Positions 50,930-64,000 of a DNA stretch of 64,000 nt are shown here, in pieces. A program made the translations under genes and the position numbers. This DNA comes from Mobula hypostoma (lineage: Eukaryota). Under the pieces are notes generated by a model. The model did no database searches. It was not told the origin of the DNA and saw nothing but the letters and a program-made list of their open reading frames with translations. The first letter of the stretch is position 1; the number at the start of each line of letters is the position of its first letter. The stretch spans positions 60,514,001 through 60,578,000 of the forward strand of contig NC_086097.1 of assembly GCF_963921235.1 (NCBI RefSeq), written 5' to 3'.

Positions 50930-53620
50930 TAACGATTTCTCTTTCAGCTGCTTCCACTTTCTGCAAACCAAATGTGTAGTCATGGGCACCCGCATGGGTG
51001 CCAACTATACCTGCCTTTCCATTGGCTGTGTTGAACAGTCCATGTTCCAAGCCTACACTGGTAATGCTGCTTAGCTTTTTCTCATTGATGACTATATTGG
51101 TGCTACTTCATGTGCACCCATGCTGAGCTTGTCAATTTCATCAGTTTAGCCTTCAGCTTCCACCCTACCCTTAAATTTACTTGGTCTATCTCTGACACCT
51201 CTCTCCCCTTTTCTCGATTTCTCGGTCTCCGTCTCTGAAGAGAGACTACCTAATAATATATTTTATAAACCTACTGACTCTCACAGCTATCTCGACTATA
51301 TCTCTTCCCACCCAATCACTTGTAAAAATGTTGATCCCTTCTCTCAGTTCCTTTATCCATCCATTCTCAGGATGGCACTTTCCATTCTTGAACATCTGAA
51401 AGGTCCTCTTTTGATAGAAAACAGAGTTTCCCTTTCACCATTATCAATGCTGTCCTCACCTACATCTTCTCCATTTGTCTATAACCCTCCCCTCGCCTGC
51501 ACCAACATAACAGGGATAGAGTTCCCCTTGACTTAACCTACCACCCAATGGGCTCTCTGCATCCAGTATGTTATTCTGTGTAACTTCTGCTAACAATGGG
51601 ATCCCACCATCAGGTGCACCTTTCCCTACCTATTCCCTCTCTATTTTCTACAGGGATCACTCCCTGCATGACTCCCTTGTCCACGTGCCACCCCACTGAT
51701 CTCTCTCCTGAACTTACCCCTGCAACCAAGACAAGTGCTGCATTTACTCCTACATCTCCTCCCTTGCCACTGTTCAGGGCCCCAAACAGTTTTCCAGGTG
51801 AGGGAGTGATTTTAATGGGAGCTCCTTGGTGTCATTTATTGTATCTGGTGCTCACAATGCCGCCCCCTGTACATTGGTGAGACATGACACAGACTGGAGG
51901 AATCGTTTCATCGAACACCATTTCTCTGTCTGCCACAGCAAACAGGATCTCCCTGTGGCCAATCATTTCAATTTAATTTCCTGTTTCCACACCGACATGT
52001 CTGTCCGTAGCCTCCTCAACTCCCACAATAAGGCCAAATGCAGTTTGGAAAAAGAATACCTCATATTACATTTGGTATGAACATTGATTTTTCTAACTTC
52101 CGTAACTACTCCACTCTGTCTCCCCTCCCCATCCATTTTTTTGTTTTCTCCCACTCTGATGGCCCTCTCAACTTTTTTCTTTTCCTCCACCCCACATGAT
52201 CTGCCCATCACCTCCCTCTGGTTGCCCTCCTTCTTCCCTTTCTTTCATGGTCCACCGTCCTTTAGCATCAGCGTCCTTCTCCCTCAGCCCTTTACCTCTT
52301 CCACTTATCACTGTCGCGCCCCACCCCGGCTCACAAATCACCTTCTCCCTCAGCCCTTTGCCTCTTCCACCTATCACTCTCACGCCCCACCCCGGCTCAC
52401 CAATCACCTTCTCCCTCAGCCCTTTGCCTCTTCCACTTATCACTCTCACGCCCCACCCCGGCTCACCAATCACCTTCTCCCTCAGCCCTTTACCTCTTCC
52501 ACCTATCACTGTCGTGCCCCACCCCGGCTCACCAATCACCTTCTCCCTCAGCCCTTTACCTCTTCCACCTATCACTGTCGTGCCCCACCCCGGCTCACAA
52601 ATCACCTTCTCCCTCAGACCTTTACCTCTTCCACCTATCACTGTCGCGCCCCACCCCAGCTCACAAATCACCTTCTCCCTCAGCCCTTTACCTCTTCCAC
52701 CTATCACTCTCACGCCCCACCCCGGCTCACCAAACACCTTCTACTCAGCCCTTTACCTCTTCCACCTATCACTGTCGTGCCCCACCCCGGCTCACAAATC
52801 ACCTTCTCCCTCAGACCTTTACCTCTTCCACCTATCACTGTCGCGCCCCACCCCAGCTCACAAATCACCTTCTCCCTCAGCCCTTTGCCTCCTCCACCTA
52901 TCACTGTCGTGACCCACCCCGGCTCACCAATCACCTTCTCCCTCAGCCCTTTGCCTCTTCCACCTATCACTGTCACGCCCCACCCCGGCTCACCAATCAC
53001 CTTCTCCCTCAGCCCTTTGCCTCTTCCACCTATCACTGTCACGGCCCACCCCGGCTCACAAATCACCTTCTCCCTCAGCCCTTTACCTCTTCCACCTATC
53101 ACTCCCACGGCCCACCCCGGCTCACCAAACACCTTCTCCCTCAGCCCTTTGCCTCTTCCACCTATCACTGTCGTGCCCACCCCGGCTCACAAATCACCTT
53201 CTCCCTCAGCCCTTTGCCTCTTCCACCTATCACTCTCACGCCCCACCCCGGCTCACCAATCACCTTCTCCCTCAGCCCTTTACCTCTTCCACCTATCACT
53301 GTCGCACCCCACCCCGGCTCACCAATCACCTTCTCCCTCAGCCCTTTACCTCTTCCACCTATCACTGTCGCGCCCCACCCCGGCTCACCAATCACCTTCT
53401 CCCTCAGCCCTTTACCTCCTCCACCTATCACTGTCGCGCCCCACCCTGGCTCACCAATCACCTGCTGCCTTGTACACCTTCCCCTCCTCCCACCTTCTTA
53501 TCCTCTTCCTTTCCAGTCCCTGACGTACCTTAGCCCAAAACGTAGACTATTTATTTCTCTCCATGGATGCTGCCTGATCTGCAGAGTTCCTTCAACATTT
53601 TATGTGTGCTGTACTTGATG
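50930..53620 (+). mobile_element. Penelope-like element (RT, Cys linker, GIY-YIG, 3' UTR)
   Basis: MGTRMGANYTCL, IDDYIG, YKPTDSHSYLDY, RFIEH...LPVANHFN. Confidence 0.88.
52275..53462 (+). repeat. 66-bp minisatellite, ~18 copies
   Basis: CCTTCTCCCTCAGCCCTTTACCTCTTCCACCTATCACTGTCGCGCCCCACCCCGGCTCACCAATCA; period 66 (52341 and 52407). Confidence 0.95.
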
Positions 53621-54444
53621 TCTTCTCTGATCTCATCATGAAAGTTTCAATGACTAACAGTTAACCCACAGCATATCCTTAGCTTGTGTTTGTTGTTTGC
53701 GCAAACGATCCATTTCACAGTATGCATTTGTGATAAATAAATGAATCTAAATCTTCTGTTTTCTTCCTTGTGTAGTTTCCATAGGATCATAAGACATCGG
53801 AGCAGATTTAGACCATTTGGTGCATCGAGTGTTTCAATGGTACAGAATCAGAGCATCCTGCATACGATTGAGTTGAAGTTGAACTGTAAACTGATTTTAT
53901 TACCAGGAGACTGTTTCTCAGTTTAATCAATATCTGCTGTCTTTAATTTCCTGACTCCGGAATAATTCCTAACAGGATCATTCATATCCACACAGAAAGG
54001 AAGATAGGTCACTACTTTAATACTGATCTTCAGGGCATCAACATTGATATTACCATGCTCCCTCAATACAAGATCGAAACATCACTCTAATTACACAATC
54101 AGGTACCCATGGAAAGTCAAGAAAGTGCGACTTTCCGCTGATGATTTAAGAGTGCTGACGTGAAGTGAGAACTGACATCAGATTTGGCACATATTTCAGC
54201 ATACAGTAAAATTAGTTGTGTAAAATTAGCTTCTGAAACTTGGAGCATGATATGAAATTTCTTATTAACATTAATTTCTCTTAAAATTAAAAGTCAAATT
54301 TAAATTTATTATCATACGCACCTGTACATTTCCACGGTTACAAAGAAAAATTGCTTGCAGCAGCATTGCAGGCATCAGACACAAAACCTTCACAGGAAAA
54401 ACATGAATTATATATAAATTATAGCAAAATTATACATGAAACTA

Positions 54445-55480
54445 TAGATTTCCTCACTGGGAGATCACAGTCAGTGCAGATTGGAAATAACATCTCCTTC
54501 CCATTGGCATTCAACAGAAGCACACCTCAAGGATGTGTGCTTTGCCCACTGCTCTACTCTCTCTATATTCATGACTGTGTGGTTAGGTACAGCTCAAGCA
54601 CCATCTATAAATTCACCGATGGCACAACTATTGTTGGCAGAAACTCAAATGGTTATGAGGAGGCATTTAGGCGTGAGACAGATTGGCTGGTTGAGTGGTG
54701 TTGCAACAACAACCTTTCACTCAATGTCAGTAAGACTAAGGAATTGATTGTGGTCTTCAGCAAGGGGAAATGGAAGAACCCACTGCAGTTCTTGACAACT
54801 GGTCCACAACGGAAAACGTGAGCAGTTTCAAGTTCCTGGATGTTAACATCTCTGAAGATATATCCTGAAAACAACAATATTGATGCAATTATAAATTATA
54901 ATAGGTAATTAAAACATGCCAGTGATTATATTTCATTTGAAGTTTGAGAAAATTTGGTATGCCACCAAAGACTCTAGCAAAGTTCTACAGATGTACCATG
55001 GAAAGCATTCTGACTGGTTGTATCACAGTCTGGTATGGAGGCGCTAATACGGAGGTTTGAAAAACGTTGTGGAGGGTTGTAAACTTAGCCACCTCCATCA
55101 TGGGTACTAGTCTCCCTACCATCAAGAATATCTTCAAAACATGATGCCTGAAGAAGGAGGTGTCCATCATTAAGGACCCTCAGTATCTAGGCCAAGCAAT
55201 CTTCTCATTACTACCATCAGGGCAGATGTACGGAAATTTGAAGACACACACTCAACACTTTAGCAACAACTTCTTCCCTCTTCCATCAGATTTCTGAACG
55301 GTACATGAAAACATGAAAACTACCTCACTCTTTTGCTCTTTTTTTGCAATAGTGATCTATTTCTTCAAAAGCATATTCTCACTGTAATTTATAGTAATGT
55401 TTATATATTGCACTGTACTGCTGTTGATGCTGGAAAAAAAAACTAATTTCATGATATATCTCAATGATAATTAACCAGTT
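54445..55480 (+). mobile_element. Rex1/L2-type LINE (RT to 3' UTR)
   Basis: DFLTGRSQSV, PQGCVLCPLLYSLY, WCCNNNLSLNVSKTKELIV. Confidence 0.85.
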
Positions 55481-55798
55481 TCTGTTTTTGAGATTTAGAA
55501 AAAAAGTCTAAAGTAGTCAAAGGCAATTGTAGTGTGATGTGCAAAATATTATCAAGCATGTGATCTTAAAAATCTAGAACAAGTTTTAAAATTCCATGAT
55601 ATGTTTAAGTATTAGCTATCATGGAGAATAATACACAACATTTAGTTCTTTCATGTTATTTCCTTTCAGCTTTGTGGACTGAACTGTATGAAAAAATAAG
55701 GCACTCCCAATATAAACAGAGGAAAATTCAGTCCTTGCTATTTTCTCAGCACAAGATGTGAAAACAGTCTCAAGATGATTAAATTATGTGTTGTATTA

Positions 55799-56447
55799 TG
55801 TAGCCTCCTGGTAAGCCTCAGGCTCGCTCAGCTCACTTTCGTCTCGGGGGAGCAGCCTTCGGCCCCGCCAAACTGGGTAATCAAGTTTGTGTGGATACCG
55901 TGTGATGTACCCCACACCGCCAATTAACAGACAGCACACAATGTATGATTTAAGGATTACACTTTATAGATCTTACTGTAACTATGTAATTAATAGAGAT
56001 ACAATATAAAAGGGAAGTAAAAGGTGCCAAACTTATCAAAGTTCAACCACTTCGTGCACAACCGTTGGAGCTCCATTAACGGAGTCTTCTTTCCACCATT
56101 CCTCTTCCATTCTCCTCCCGAAAAGCCCTGGGCCTTGGACTCCCTCTTGGGTCTGATCCTCGCCCAGCTTACAGCATCTCTCTCATCGCATCTCCTCTCT
56201 CTATCCCCATCACGCCTTCTGCCCAAAGCCCGCAAAAACAATAGCTTACAGACACACAAGAAAGAATAACATCTACTCCAACTGGTTAGCAAATGAATAC
56301 AATTCCCGTTATCGGTAATTATAACCCGAACAAGCTGCTACTGTTAACTCAGCAGTTAACATTACAGAGAAGCTATTTTATTATAACATAACAAAGAAGC
56401 CATTTTATTAGTCTTAGCAAATAACATGAAATAAGAACCCCCTTAAA
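55799..56447 (-). mobile_element. Solo LTR
   Basis: Starts TGTAG, ends CCTTAAA (terminal CA mutated), flanked by 4-bp TSD ATTA at 55795-55798 and 56448-56451; orientation tentative. Confidence 0.68.
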
Positions 56448-57564
56448 ATTAGTTAAGGAACTCCACTTAGTTACTCTTGGCTCCAACAACTGCAATAGAA
56501 TTTAAATTTGATATATAAAATTGCACTTTTTCGGGTGTACATTTTTAACATCTGGAATGCATACATATTTATTAATCTACAATATTATTGTCTATTTTAT
56601 TCTGAATTGATTCCTAGTTCATTGCATAGGAATTTAGAAGTAAAACTCTTATTATATAATCTAGAGAATACATATAGAGATATTAATTTGGTACTGCAAT
56701 TATTCATTTGAAATATTAAACAGAGAGATGTAAAGTAAAGCATTGCACTATGTCAAAGAACAGCAGGATCCATGATAAAATGGAATTACTCCTCATTAAA
56801 TCAATATCATTAAAACAATTTACCTGTTCATAATGATATTTTAGATTTGTTGATGGTGTAGGACTATTTCTTCAGCTTGTAGAATTAATAAGAAAGGAAG
56901 ATAATTGTATAGAACAAAAGCAACTCTTGGACTGGCACATTGTATGTAGCAATTGTCAGTGCACTTTAATATTACTGACATCAGCTGTAGCATGTTCTAA
57001 AATATACCAAGGACTTAGAGGAAGCTGCACAAATGTAATTACTCATTTAAAATCACGATTTATGGTCCGTGTCTTCTACAGAAAACCTGGGCGTTCCATG
57101 TAGAAATGACAGCACTTACTACTGAATCATGAAAAAGAATTGGAATGCCTGCTCAAACAAGCTGATGCCTATGAATTTATTACAGGAGAAATAGGGTTAA
57201 GCCAGCAGGAGACAGGCAAGCTTGGATAGCTTGTCATTCAGTGAAAGATTCAACAGGATTTTTATTTCAGTGCCCGGAGAGTATTCATTGCACACAGCAT
57301 TGCTTCACCCAGGGAAATGAGGGAGTGAGCCATAGCTTTGTTTGTGACTTGAAACTTGAAGGTTATGATAATGATACTACCCATGATTAATTGATAAAAA
57401 AACAAGATAGATTCAATGAAAATATCATCAGTCCAGCTTGATGCATTCCATTTGATACCCACGTCTAACAAAAGTCTGTCCCTCTGGTGAAAGGTCAAAT
57501 TGTCCTAGCATCCACAATCTTTTAGATGAAGAGCAACGTATTGCCCAGGCTTTGCTGGTAGAAT

Positions 57565-57770
57565 TGTCATAGATTCATAGGGTTGTATAGCGCAGACACG
57601 AGCTTTGCAGCCCAACCCATACGTGTTGACCATTATGCCCATCTATGATTATGCTATTTCCCCAAACTACACCTATATCCCTCTAGCCTTTTCCTATCCA
57701 AGTACCTGTCCAAATGCCTTTTAAATGTATAATTGTATTTGCCACCACCATTTCTTCTGGCATCTTCTGT
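57565..57770 (-). mobile_element. CR1 3' tail fragment
   Basis: CATAGATTCATAG tail; GACAGGTACTTGGATAGG on the minus strand. Confidence 0.65.
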
Positions 57771-58194
57771 GTGTAAAATACGAAGTGCTCCTTGACCTTA
57801 CCACTGAGTCGCTCTGGTGTGAGTATATAATTGTGTAATTCCTTTTTATTGATTCCACTAGCTAAAGAAATAACATAATGCTTTAAACCACATCAAATAC
57901 TTTAACATTTAGACACCTTAATCAACTTATCATTTAATAGTTTAACTGCCCTACTCTGAGTATCACGCTGGTGACTCTCCATGATGCTCCTTCCGAAGCC
58001 AACATCCTTGTTAACCCATTGTGGCCAAAATGAAATGATTGGCTCCAGATATCTCTCAGTAGAGTCCTCCAATATTCAGGCTCAGCTTCCTGTGTTAAGC
58101 ATTCTAGTTGTTAAGGACAACAACATTTTGCCCTTTTGATTTATTTCTGTATCTGTCAAGTAACAGACTTATTACTTTTAACACATTTGAAATG

Positions 58195-59000
58195 GAATCT
58201 GCCGATGATACCACTGTTATTGGCAGAATCTCAGGTGGCAACAAGGAGGCGTACAGGAGTGAGATAGCTCAGCTGGTTGAGTAGAGCTGCAATAACAACC
58301 TCACACTAGCATCAGCAAGAACAAGGATTTGACTGTAGACTTCAGGAAGGGAAGGTTGGGAGAAGACACACCAGTCCTCATTGAGGGGCCGGTGGTGAAA
58401 GGGTGAACAGCTTTAAGTACCGGGATGTCAACATCTCGGAAGACCTATCCTGGCCCTAAAACATTGAGGCAATCATGTAGAAGGGACACTGCAGCTCTAC
58501 TTTGTTAAGAGCTTGAGGTGATTTAGTATGTCACCAAAGACTCCTGCAATTTTTTACAGATATACTGTGGAGAGTGTTCTAAGTGGTTACATCATAGCTT
58601 GGTATGGAGGCCCTAATGCTCAGGATTCCAAGAGGCTGCAGAGGGCTGTAGACTCAGTCAGTTCCATCATGGGCGAAATACACCCCACAATGAAGGACAT
58701 CTTCAAGAGGTGGTGCCTCAAAAAGGCAGCATCCATCATGAAGGAACCTCACCACCTAGTACAGGCCCTCTTCCGCACAGGGGAGGAGCCAAAGACTCAC
58801 ACTTGACATTTAAAGAACAGCTGCTTCCCCTCTGCTATCAGGTTTCTGAATGTTCCATGAAACTATAAATACTACCTTGCTATTGATCTTTTACACTATT
58901 TATTTATTTTCTGACTCATAGTATTCTTTATGCCTTGCACTGTGCTGCTGCCGTAGAACAACAAATTTCATGCCACATGTCAATGGTAATAAGCCAGTTT
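58195..59000 (+). mobile_element. Rex1/L2-type LINE fragment
   Basis: ADDTTVIG; FYRYTVESVLSGYIIAWYG...RLQRAV. Confidence 0.82.
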
Positions 59001-59259
59001 CGGATTGCCTAACCCCATAGTCTGAATTCTGGCTGCAGGCTTCTTGTGATAAAGAAATAACTCATTGATCCTTCAATGAGAGAACAGAAACCTACTCTCC
59101 CCACTCCATACACTGTTGACTAATCCAACTGACCCACACAGACTGTTTGAAAGATGCCAGCATATTCCACTTAGAATTATCTACAAATGGGACACAAGGC
59201 ATTTTTTGCCTGGGCAAATCTGTGGAAAATGTAGCAGGGTTATTCTGGCCAGCATGGTT

Positions 59260-59680
59260 ATAAAATTCAAAATAAATTACAAAGTAAATTTTCAAGGTAA
59301 ATTTAAATACTCGCATGTTTTCATTTTCAGGTTCATTTTCTTGCAGACATTTGCAAAAAAAATATACAACAGTATGTATAAGAAGCCATATATAAAAATG
59401 ATTGATAAACAACCTTGGTACAAAAGAAGAGAAACTACAAATAAAAAAAATAATACTGAGAACATGCATTGTAAAGAATCCTTGAAAGTGAGTCTCTAGG
59501 TCATAGAATTAGTTCACACTGGTGGTGAGTGAAGTTATCCACTGTTATTTGGAGCCTGATAGTTGTTTGATAATAACTGTTCCTGATCTTAGTGTTGTGG
59601 GACCAAAGGTTTCTGTACCTCTTGCCTAATGTTAGTAGTGAGAAGAGGGGATGACCTATATAGCGTCTGATAATGGATGC
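59260..59680 (-). mobile_element. Rex1/L2-type LINE 3' fragment
   Basis: Homologous to the 19115-20250 and 48196-48620 tails. Confidence 0.68.
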
Positions 59681-59689
59681 TCTAAAATA

Positions 59690-60595
59690 AATAGATCTAT
59701 ATATTACACTTCCTCCTCCTCTAGATTAATGCAACATAAAACTATGCATGTACAAAGCATTCAATTTCCCTTTCTCAACCTATATTCCAAATAAACATGT
59801 TTTCACAATAACAGTCCATCACTAACTTCACAGTTCTGAAGTTACAGCTCTGTTTCTTTCAGGATAGCGCCTCTGGACCGGTGGAGTGGCATTAGGTTTG
59901 GCAGGTGGCTAGTCTAAGACAACAGTATTGGTTTCCGGTGTCACAGTTCTGTCAGTGATATCATCACTGAGAGGTTGGATCTTGTTGGATGCAATTGACT
60001 CAGGAGAGTTCCTCAGTTGAGCATCTAGTATCTGGTCCACATGACATCTCCGTGTCTGATCTCCAACACCTACTGTGTGCATCAGTGGTCCAGTTCTTAA
60101 AGCTATATAACCGGGTGTCCATTTGTTTTCTTGGTAATAACGCAGTAGGACTTCCTATTCAATCTGAAAGCTCCTTGCTGCTTCACTTGCCAACTGGTTG
60201 AATTGCTTATTCTGCACTTCCCTCCATAGGTCTGGTTTCAGGAGGTCTGTGCGAGATCTCAGATTCCTGCTCATGAGCAGCATTTCAGGTTTTTGATTTG
60301 ACGTTGCATGAACAGCGTTCTGAAATACAAAATGGAAGTTGTCCCCCTTGAGCTGTAGAGGAATGTCCTCCTTGTCTAAAGCTCTAATGCACTTCCTGAA
60401 GGTTTGGATAAACCTTTCAGCTAACACATTCATTGTTGGGTGGTGAGGAGCTGACTTGAAATGTCTGATGCATTTTTCCTCATGGACAGTTAAAATTCTT
60501 CTGACGTGTATTGTGGTCCATTGTCACTCATAATTTCCGCTGGTAAGCCATTTCTGGTGAAGATAGTCCTCAGAGCGGAAACTGTCTTTGTTCAT
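59690..60595 (-). mobile_element. Gypsy (Mag/K02A2.6-like) integrase fragment with PPT and LTR start
   Basis: DNGPQYTSEEF, SAPHHPTMNVLAERFIQTF...HATSNQKPEMLL.SRNLRSR; minus-strand AGAGGAGGAGGAAG then TGTAA. Confidence 0.8.
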
Positions 60596-60597
60596 GT

Positions 60598-60850
60598 GTC
60601 TGTCCCTCCTGATCGGTTAGTCCTCAACCAATCAGGTTCCTGCTGTTCCACCTTGTTTACGATCTAATTCCAGGTCTTACTTAGAGTGAGGCCATCATCT
60701 TTGTTAAAATTCCTTTTCTGTACTTTTATTTCAATGGCTTCCTTCACCAGGCAGTCCCAAAAGCCATTGATGAGGCACAGTAGTCTAGTGCTGTCAAACT
60801 CAATCTGATGGCCATTGTGAATGCAATGTTCTGCTAATGTTGATTTCTCC
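60598..60850 (-). mobile_element. Inverted copy of the 3' region of the second Penelope family
   Basis: Reverse complement aligns to 62270-62505 (AEHCI...LVKEAIEI). Confidence 0.8.
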
Positions 60851-61074
60851 AGGTAACTGAAATGGGTACAACTCCTATGCTCCTTGATACAGGTTTAGCA
60901 GTAGACAAAGGAAATGTGACTGTCCTGACCTTCTTGGAGGAATACCACAGGAAAGTGCAACAGTTTCTGTGTGATACTACCTGCTGAGTTCTACAGTAGG
61001 ATTGCACACACTCTATTGTCAGGTTGATCTCCACTTCAGTGAAGAAATATGGACTGCCATTAGACATATGCAAG

Positions 61075-62640
61075 ATACTTCTACCTCATGCTCAGTTACC
61101 ACCAGGACTTCAAGAGCTCCTTAAGATACACAAGGAGGGATTCCCCCGAGGCCCATCATCAGTGTGATAGATTCTCCAACTTACTAGCTTGCTGAGCATT
61201 TAACAACCATGCTGTCTCCCTTTGTTGAGGGCATCACAAATTCAAATGACTTCATAAAAATTATAAACAACATCCAGCTGACCCCGGAGGATAAACTGTT
61301 TCGATGTGGTGTCACTGTTCACCAGAATTCCCATGAGGACAGCTTTGTCCTCTTGTGGTCAAGGTTTGATAAGGGTATCATTGACCTTTTTGAACATTCC
61401 CTTACATCAATGTACTTCCTTTATAAGAGGAACTATGAACAAATGGATGTAGTGGCCATGGGATTGCCCTCATTGCTAGCTATTGCTGATTTTTACATGA
61501 AGGACGTTGAGGAGAAGGTGTAGAGCTTATCACCCTTATGTACCAAATGCTTCTTCAGACAAATTGATGACACCTTCTTAGTGTGACCTCATGGACTCCA
61601 GGCACTCCAACTATTCCATGACCATCTGAACTGTATACATCCAAATATTCAATTTACGATAGAGATGGAGAAGAATTGTTGCCTCCCGTTCCTGGACAGT
61701 CTAATATGATGGAAACCAGATGGTAGCCTTGGGCAAGACGTCTATCAGAAACCCACTCACTTGGACTTGTACCTCAACAATAACAGCCACCATCACGCCT
61801 CACAAAGTAGAATGGTTCTTGCTACTTTGGTTAACCGTGCAAAAACTATTTAAGACCCGAAGAGTTTCCATGAGGAAATAAGGCAATTACGCATGACATT
61901 CTTACAAAAAGGCTACAAGGTAAAATAAATCAATCGAGCCCTTTAAAGGGCAGATGGGAAAAAAACAGGAAACCTAACAATGAAGATGAACCAGTTACTA
62001 CCGCCTGTCTTCCTTGTCTTTCCACGGCTTCTGGAAGGATCACCAGGATCCTGAAGAAATAACAGATTAATACCATCCACAAACCCGTAAGAAAGCTCAA
62101 ATCACAATTTCTGTAGATCAAACATAACCTGGGACTCAGGAAGGTTGGTGTTTACAGGATACCCTGTGATTACCGAGCTGTGTATATTGGCAAGATGGGA
62201 TGCACAGTGGAAACTCTCATCAAGGGGTACAGAAGGTGTATCTGTTTGGGTACCCGGAGCAATCGGCAGCGGCAGAACATTGCATTCGCAGTGGCAATAA
62301 TATTGACTTCAATGGCGAAAAAACTATTGTGCCATGCCAATGGCTTTCGGGACTTCCTGGTGAAGGAAGCCAAGAAATAAAACCAAAGGAAAAGAATTTT
62401 AATAAAGATGAAGTAAGAACTAAGTAAGAAATGGAATTCGGTTGTAAAAAAAGGTGGGACAATAGAAACTTGATGGTTGTGGACTAACCAGTCAAGAGGG
62501 ACAGATGATGGGGTAGATATACTACTGGACTAGACATACTAAGGCATCATCTGTAATGAAGATGATGGAGTTTGTCATGGAATCGTCAGCTGAAATTGAT
62601 ACCTATACCCAAATGGAAGCCTGACAAGTATTCATTAATC
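61075..62640 (+). mobile_element. Second Penelope-like family (RT plus GIY-YIG)
   Basis: PRPIIS, YEQMDVVAMG, IDDTF, LPFLD, LDLYLNNNSHH, GVYRIPCD..YIG. Confidence 0.87.
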
Positions 62641-62644
62641 AGCT

Positions 62645-63560
62645 CCTCTGTTTTACTGAGATTGAGTGAGAAGTTGTTGTGGCGCCACTCAATTAGATTT
62701 TCAATCTTCCTCCTGTATGCTGATTCATTACCACTTTCGATCTGGACAACGAAGTGGAGTTGTCAGCAAACTTAAATATGACATTTTAATTACCACATAA
62801 TGATAGGTATAAAGTTAAAAAAAACATGTGGATAAGCACACAGATTTATGATGCATCTGGTGGGCTGATGATGTGGATGTGTTGTTGCCAATCTGTACTA
62901 ACAGGGGTTTGTCAGTGAGGTAATCAAGGATCCAGCTGCACAGAGGTACCAAGGCCCGGTTCTTGGTGCTTCGTGATGAGTTTTGAGGTCATGGTCGCAT
63001 TGAATGTTGAGCTGTGTTAATAATGAATGCCCTGATGTCTGCATCTTCACTGTCTAGATGTTCCAGAGCTAAGTGAAGAGCCAATGAAGTGGCAGCTGTG
63101 GTTGACCTGTTGTGAAAGTAGGCAAATTGGATTGGATACAGGTCACTCCTCAGGCAGGAGATGATATGCTTCATGACCAACTTGTCAAAGCACTTCATCA
63201 CAGTGGATGCAAGTGCTGCTGGACAGAAGTTATTGAGGCAGGTTATCATGTTCTTCTTGAGAAGCGATATGATTGAAGCCTGCTTGAAGCAGATGGATAG
63301 CTCTGACTGCCGACATGAGAGTTTGATGGTATATGTAAACACTCCTCCTGGCTGATTAGTGCGAGTTTTCAGTACTCGGCCAGATACACCATCTGGATCA
63401 GGTGTTCTCCCTGGACTCACCCCCCTGTAGGATGCTCTCACGCCAGCCTCAGAGACTGAAATCACAGAGTTGATGCGGGCTGTGGGGATTTGTGAAGCTA
63501 CCTCCATATTCTGATGGTCAAAGTGCTCATAAAATGAGATGAATTCATCTGGGAGGTACA
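62645..63560 (-). mobile_element. Rex1/L2-type LINE RT fragment
   Basis: ORF 62989-63561: PDGVSGRVLK, CLNNFCPAALASTVMKCF, QFAYFHNRST. Confidence 0.85.
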
Positions 63561-63569
63561 ATCTGCAGA

Positions 63570-63770
63570 ACTAAGTTCAAATCCCACCACAACAGCTGTG
63601 AAGCTAAAATTAAGTTCATTAAGTAACCTGATAACCATGAGCGAATGAAATCCTACAAAGCCTCAGTGAGTGCACCCTAGAGATGGAAATTTGCCTCTGG
63701 ATCTGGCCTGTGTTACTCAGGATCTCCAATAATACATTTTAAGTATTGACCTGGTAAGTCACTGTGAATT
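63570..63770 (+). mobile_element. Old tRNA/Deu-type SINE relic
   Basis: B-box AGTTCAAATCCCACC, GATAACCATGA, GGAAATTTGCC...TCTGGCCT. Confidence 0.45.
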
Positions 63771-63797
63771 ATGTTAGTATACTTGAAAACCTGAAGG

Positions 63798-63932
63798 AGT
63801 CCTGCTGAAGGGTCTCAGTCAGAAACGTCGACAGTACTCTTTTCCCTAGATGCTGTCTGGCCTGATGAGTTCCTCCAGCATTTTGTGCATGTTGCTTGAA
63901 TTTCCAGCATCGTCAGATTTTCTCTTGTTTGT
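63798..63932 (+). mobile_element. Penelope 3' tail starting at the hammerhead motif
   Basis: AGTCCTGCTGAAGGGTCTCAGTCAGAAACGTCGAC...GATGCTGTCTGGCCTG...CAGCATTTTGTG. Confidence 0.82.
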
Positions 63933-64000
63933 AACACATTAATGTTATCTGTCTAGTGTCTCAAGGGGATCCGATTCTCAGAAGTATATTGTCCAATTGA

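Noticed and set aside
52084..53523. 479-aa ORF as a mucin/extensin-like gene
   Set aside because: It lies within a 66-bp tandem array in a transposon UTR, has a non-ATG start, and several frames are open simply because the unit lacks stops

Overview
Eukaryotic, repeat-dense, apparently non-genic (intronic or intergenic) DNA. The repeat mix (CR1 LINEs with esterase ORF1, Rex1/L2-type LINE fragments, V-SINE and Deu-domain SINEs, Penelope-like elements) suggests a vertebrate, probably a cartilaginous fish such as a ray; this is an inference. I found no convincing host exon, and essentially all ORFs in the track are decayed transposon fragments or chance frames. The largest feature is a complete but dead Ty3/Gypsy LTR retrotransposon (723-9251) with a PNMA-type gag, a 4-bp TSD, a decayed tRNA-Pro PBS, a PPT and three nested LINE insertions. 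Other points of interest: minimal hammerhead ribozyme motifs in the Penelope-like element tails; a Penelope inside a Penelope inside a CR1, each insertion with its own TSD; an internally deleted R4/Dong-like element in a TAA microsatellite; a palindromic mariner MITE built from two transposase 3' ends; an LTR with an inverted 3' part and a graded minisatellite; a 66-bp x ~18 minisatellite grown from a Penelope 3' UTR; and solo LTRs. Family names come from recalled motifs, not database searches, and boundaries of old fragments are approximate.
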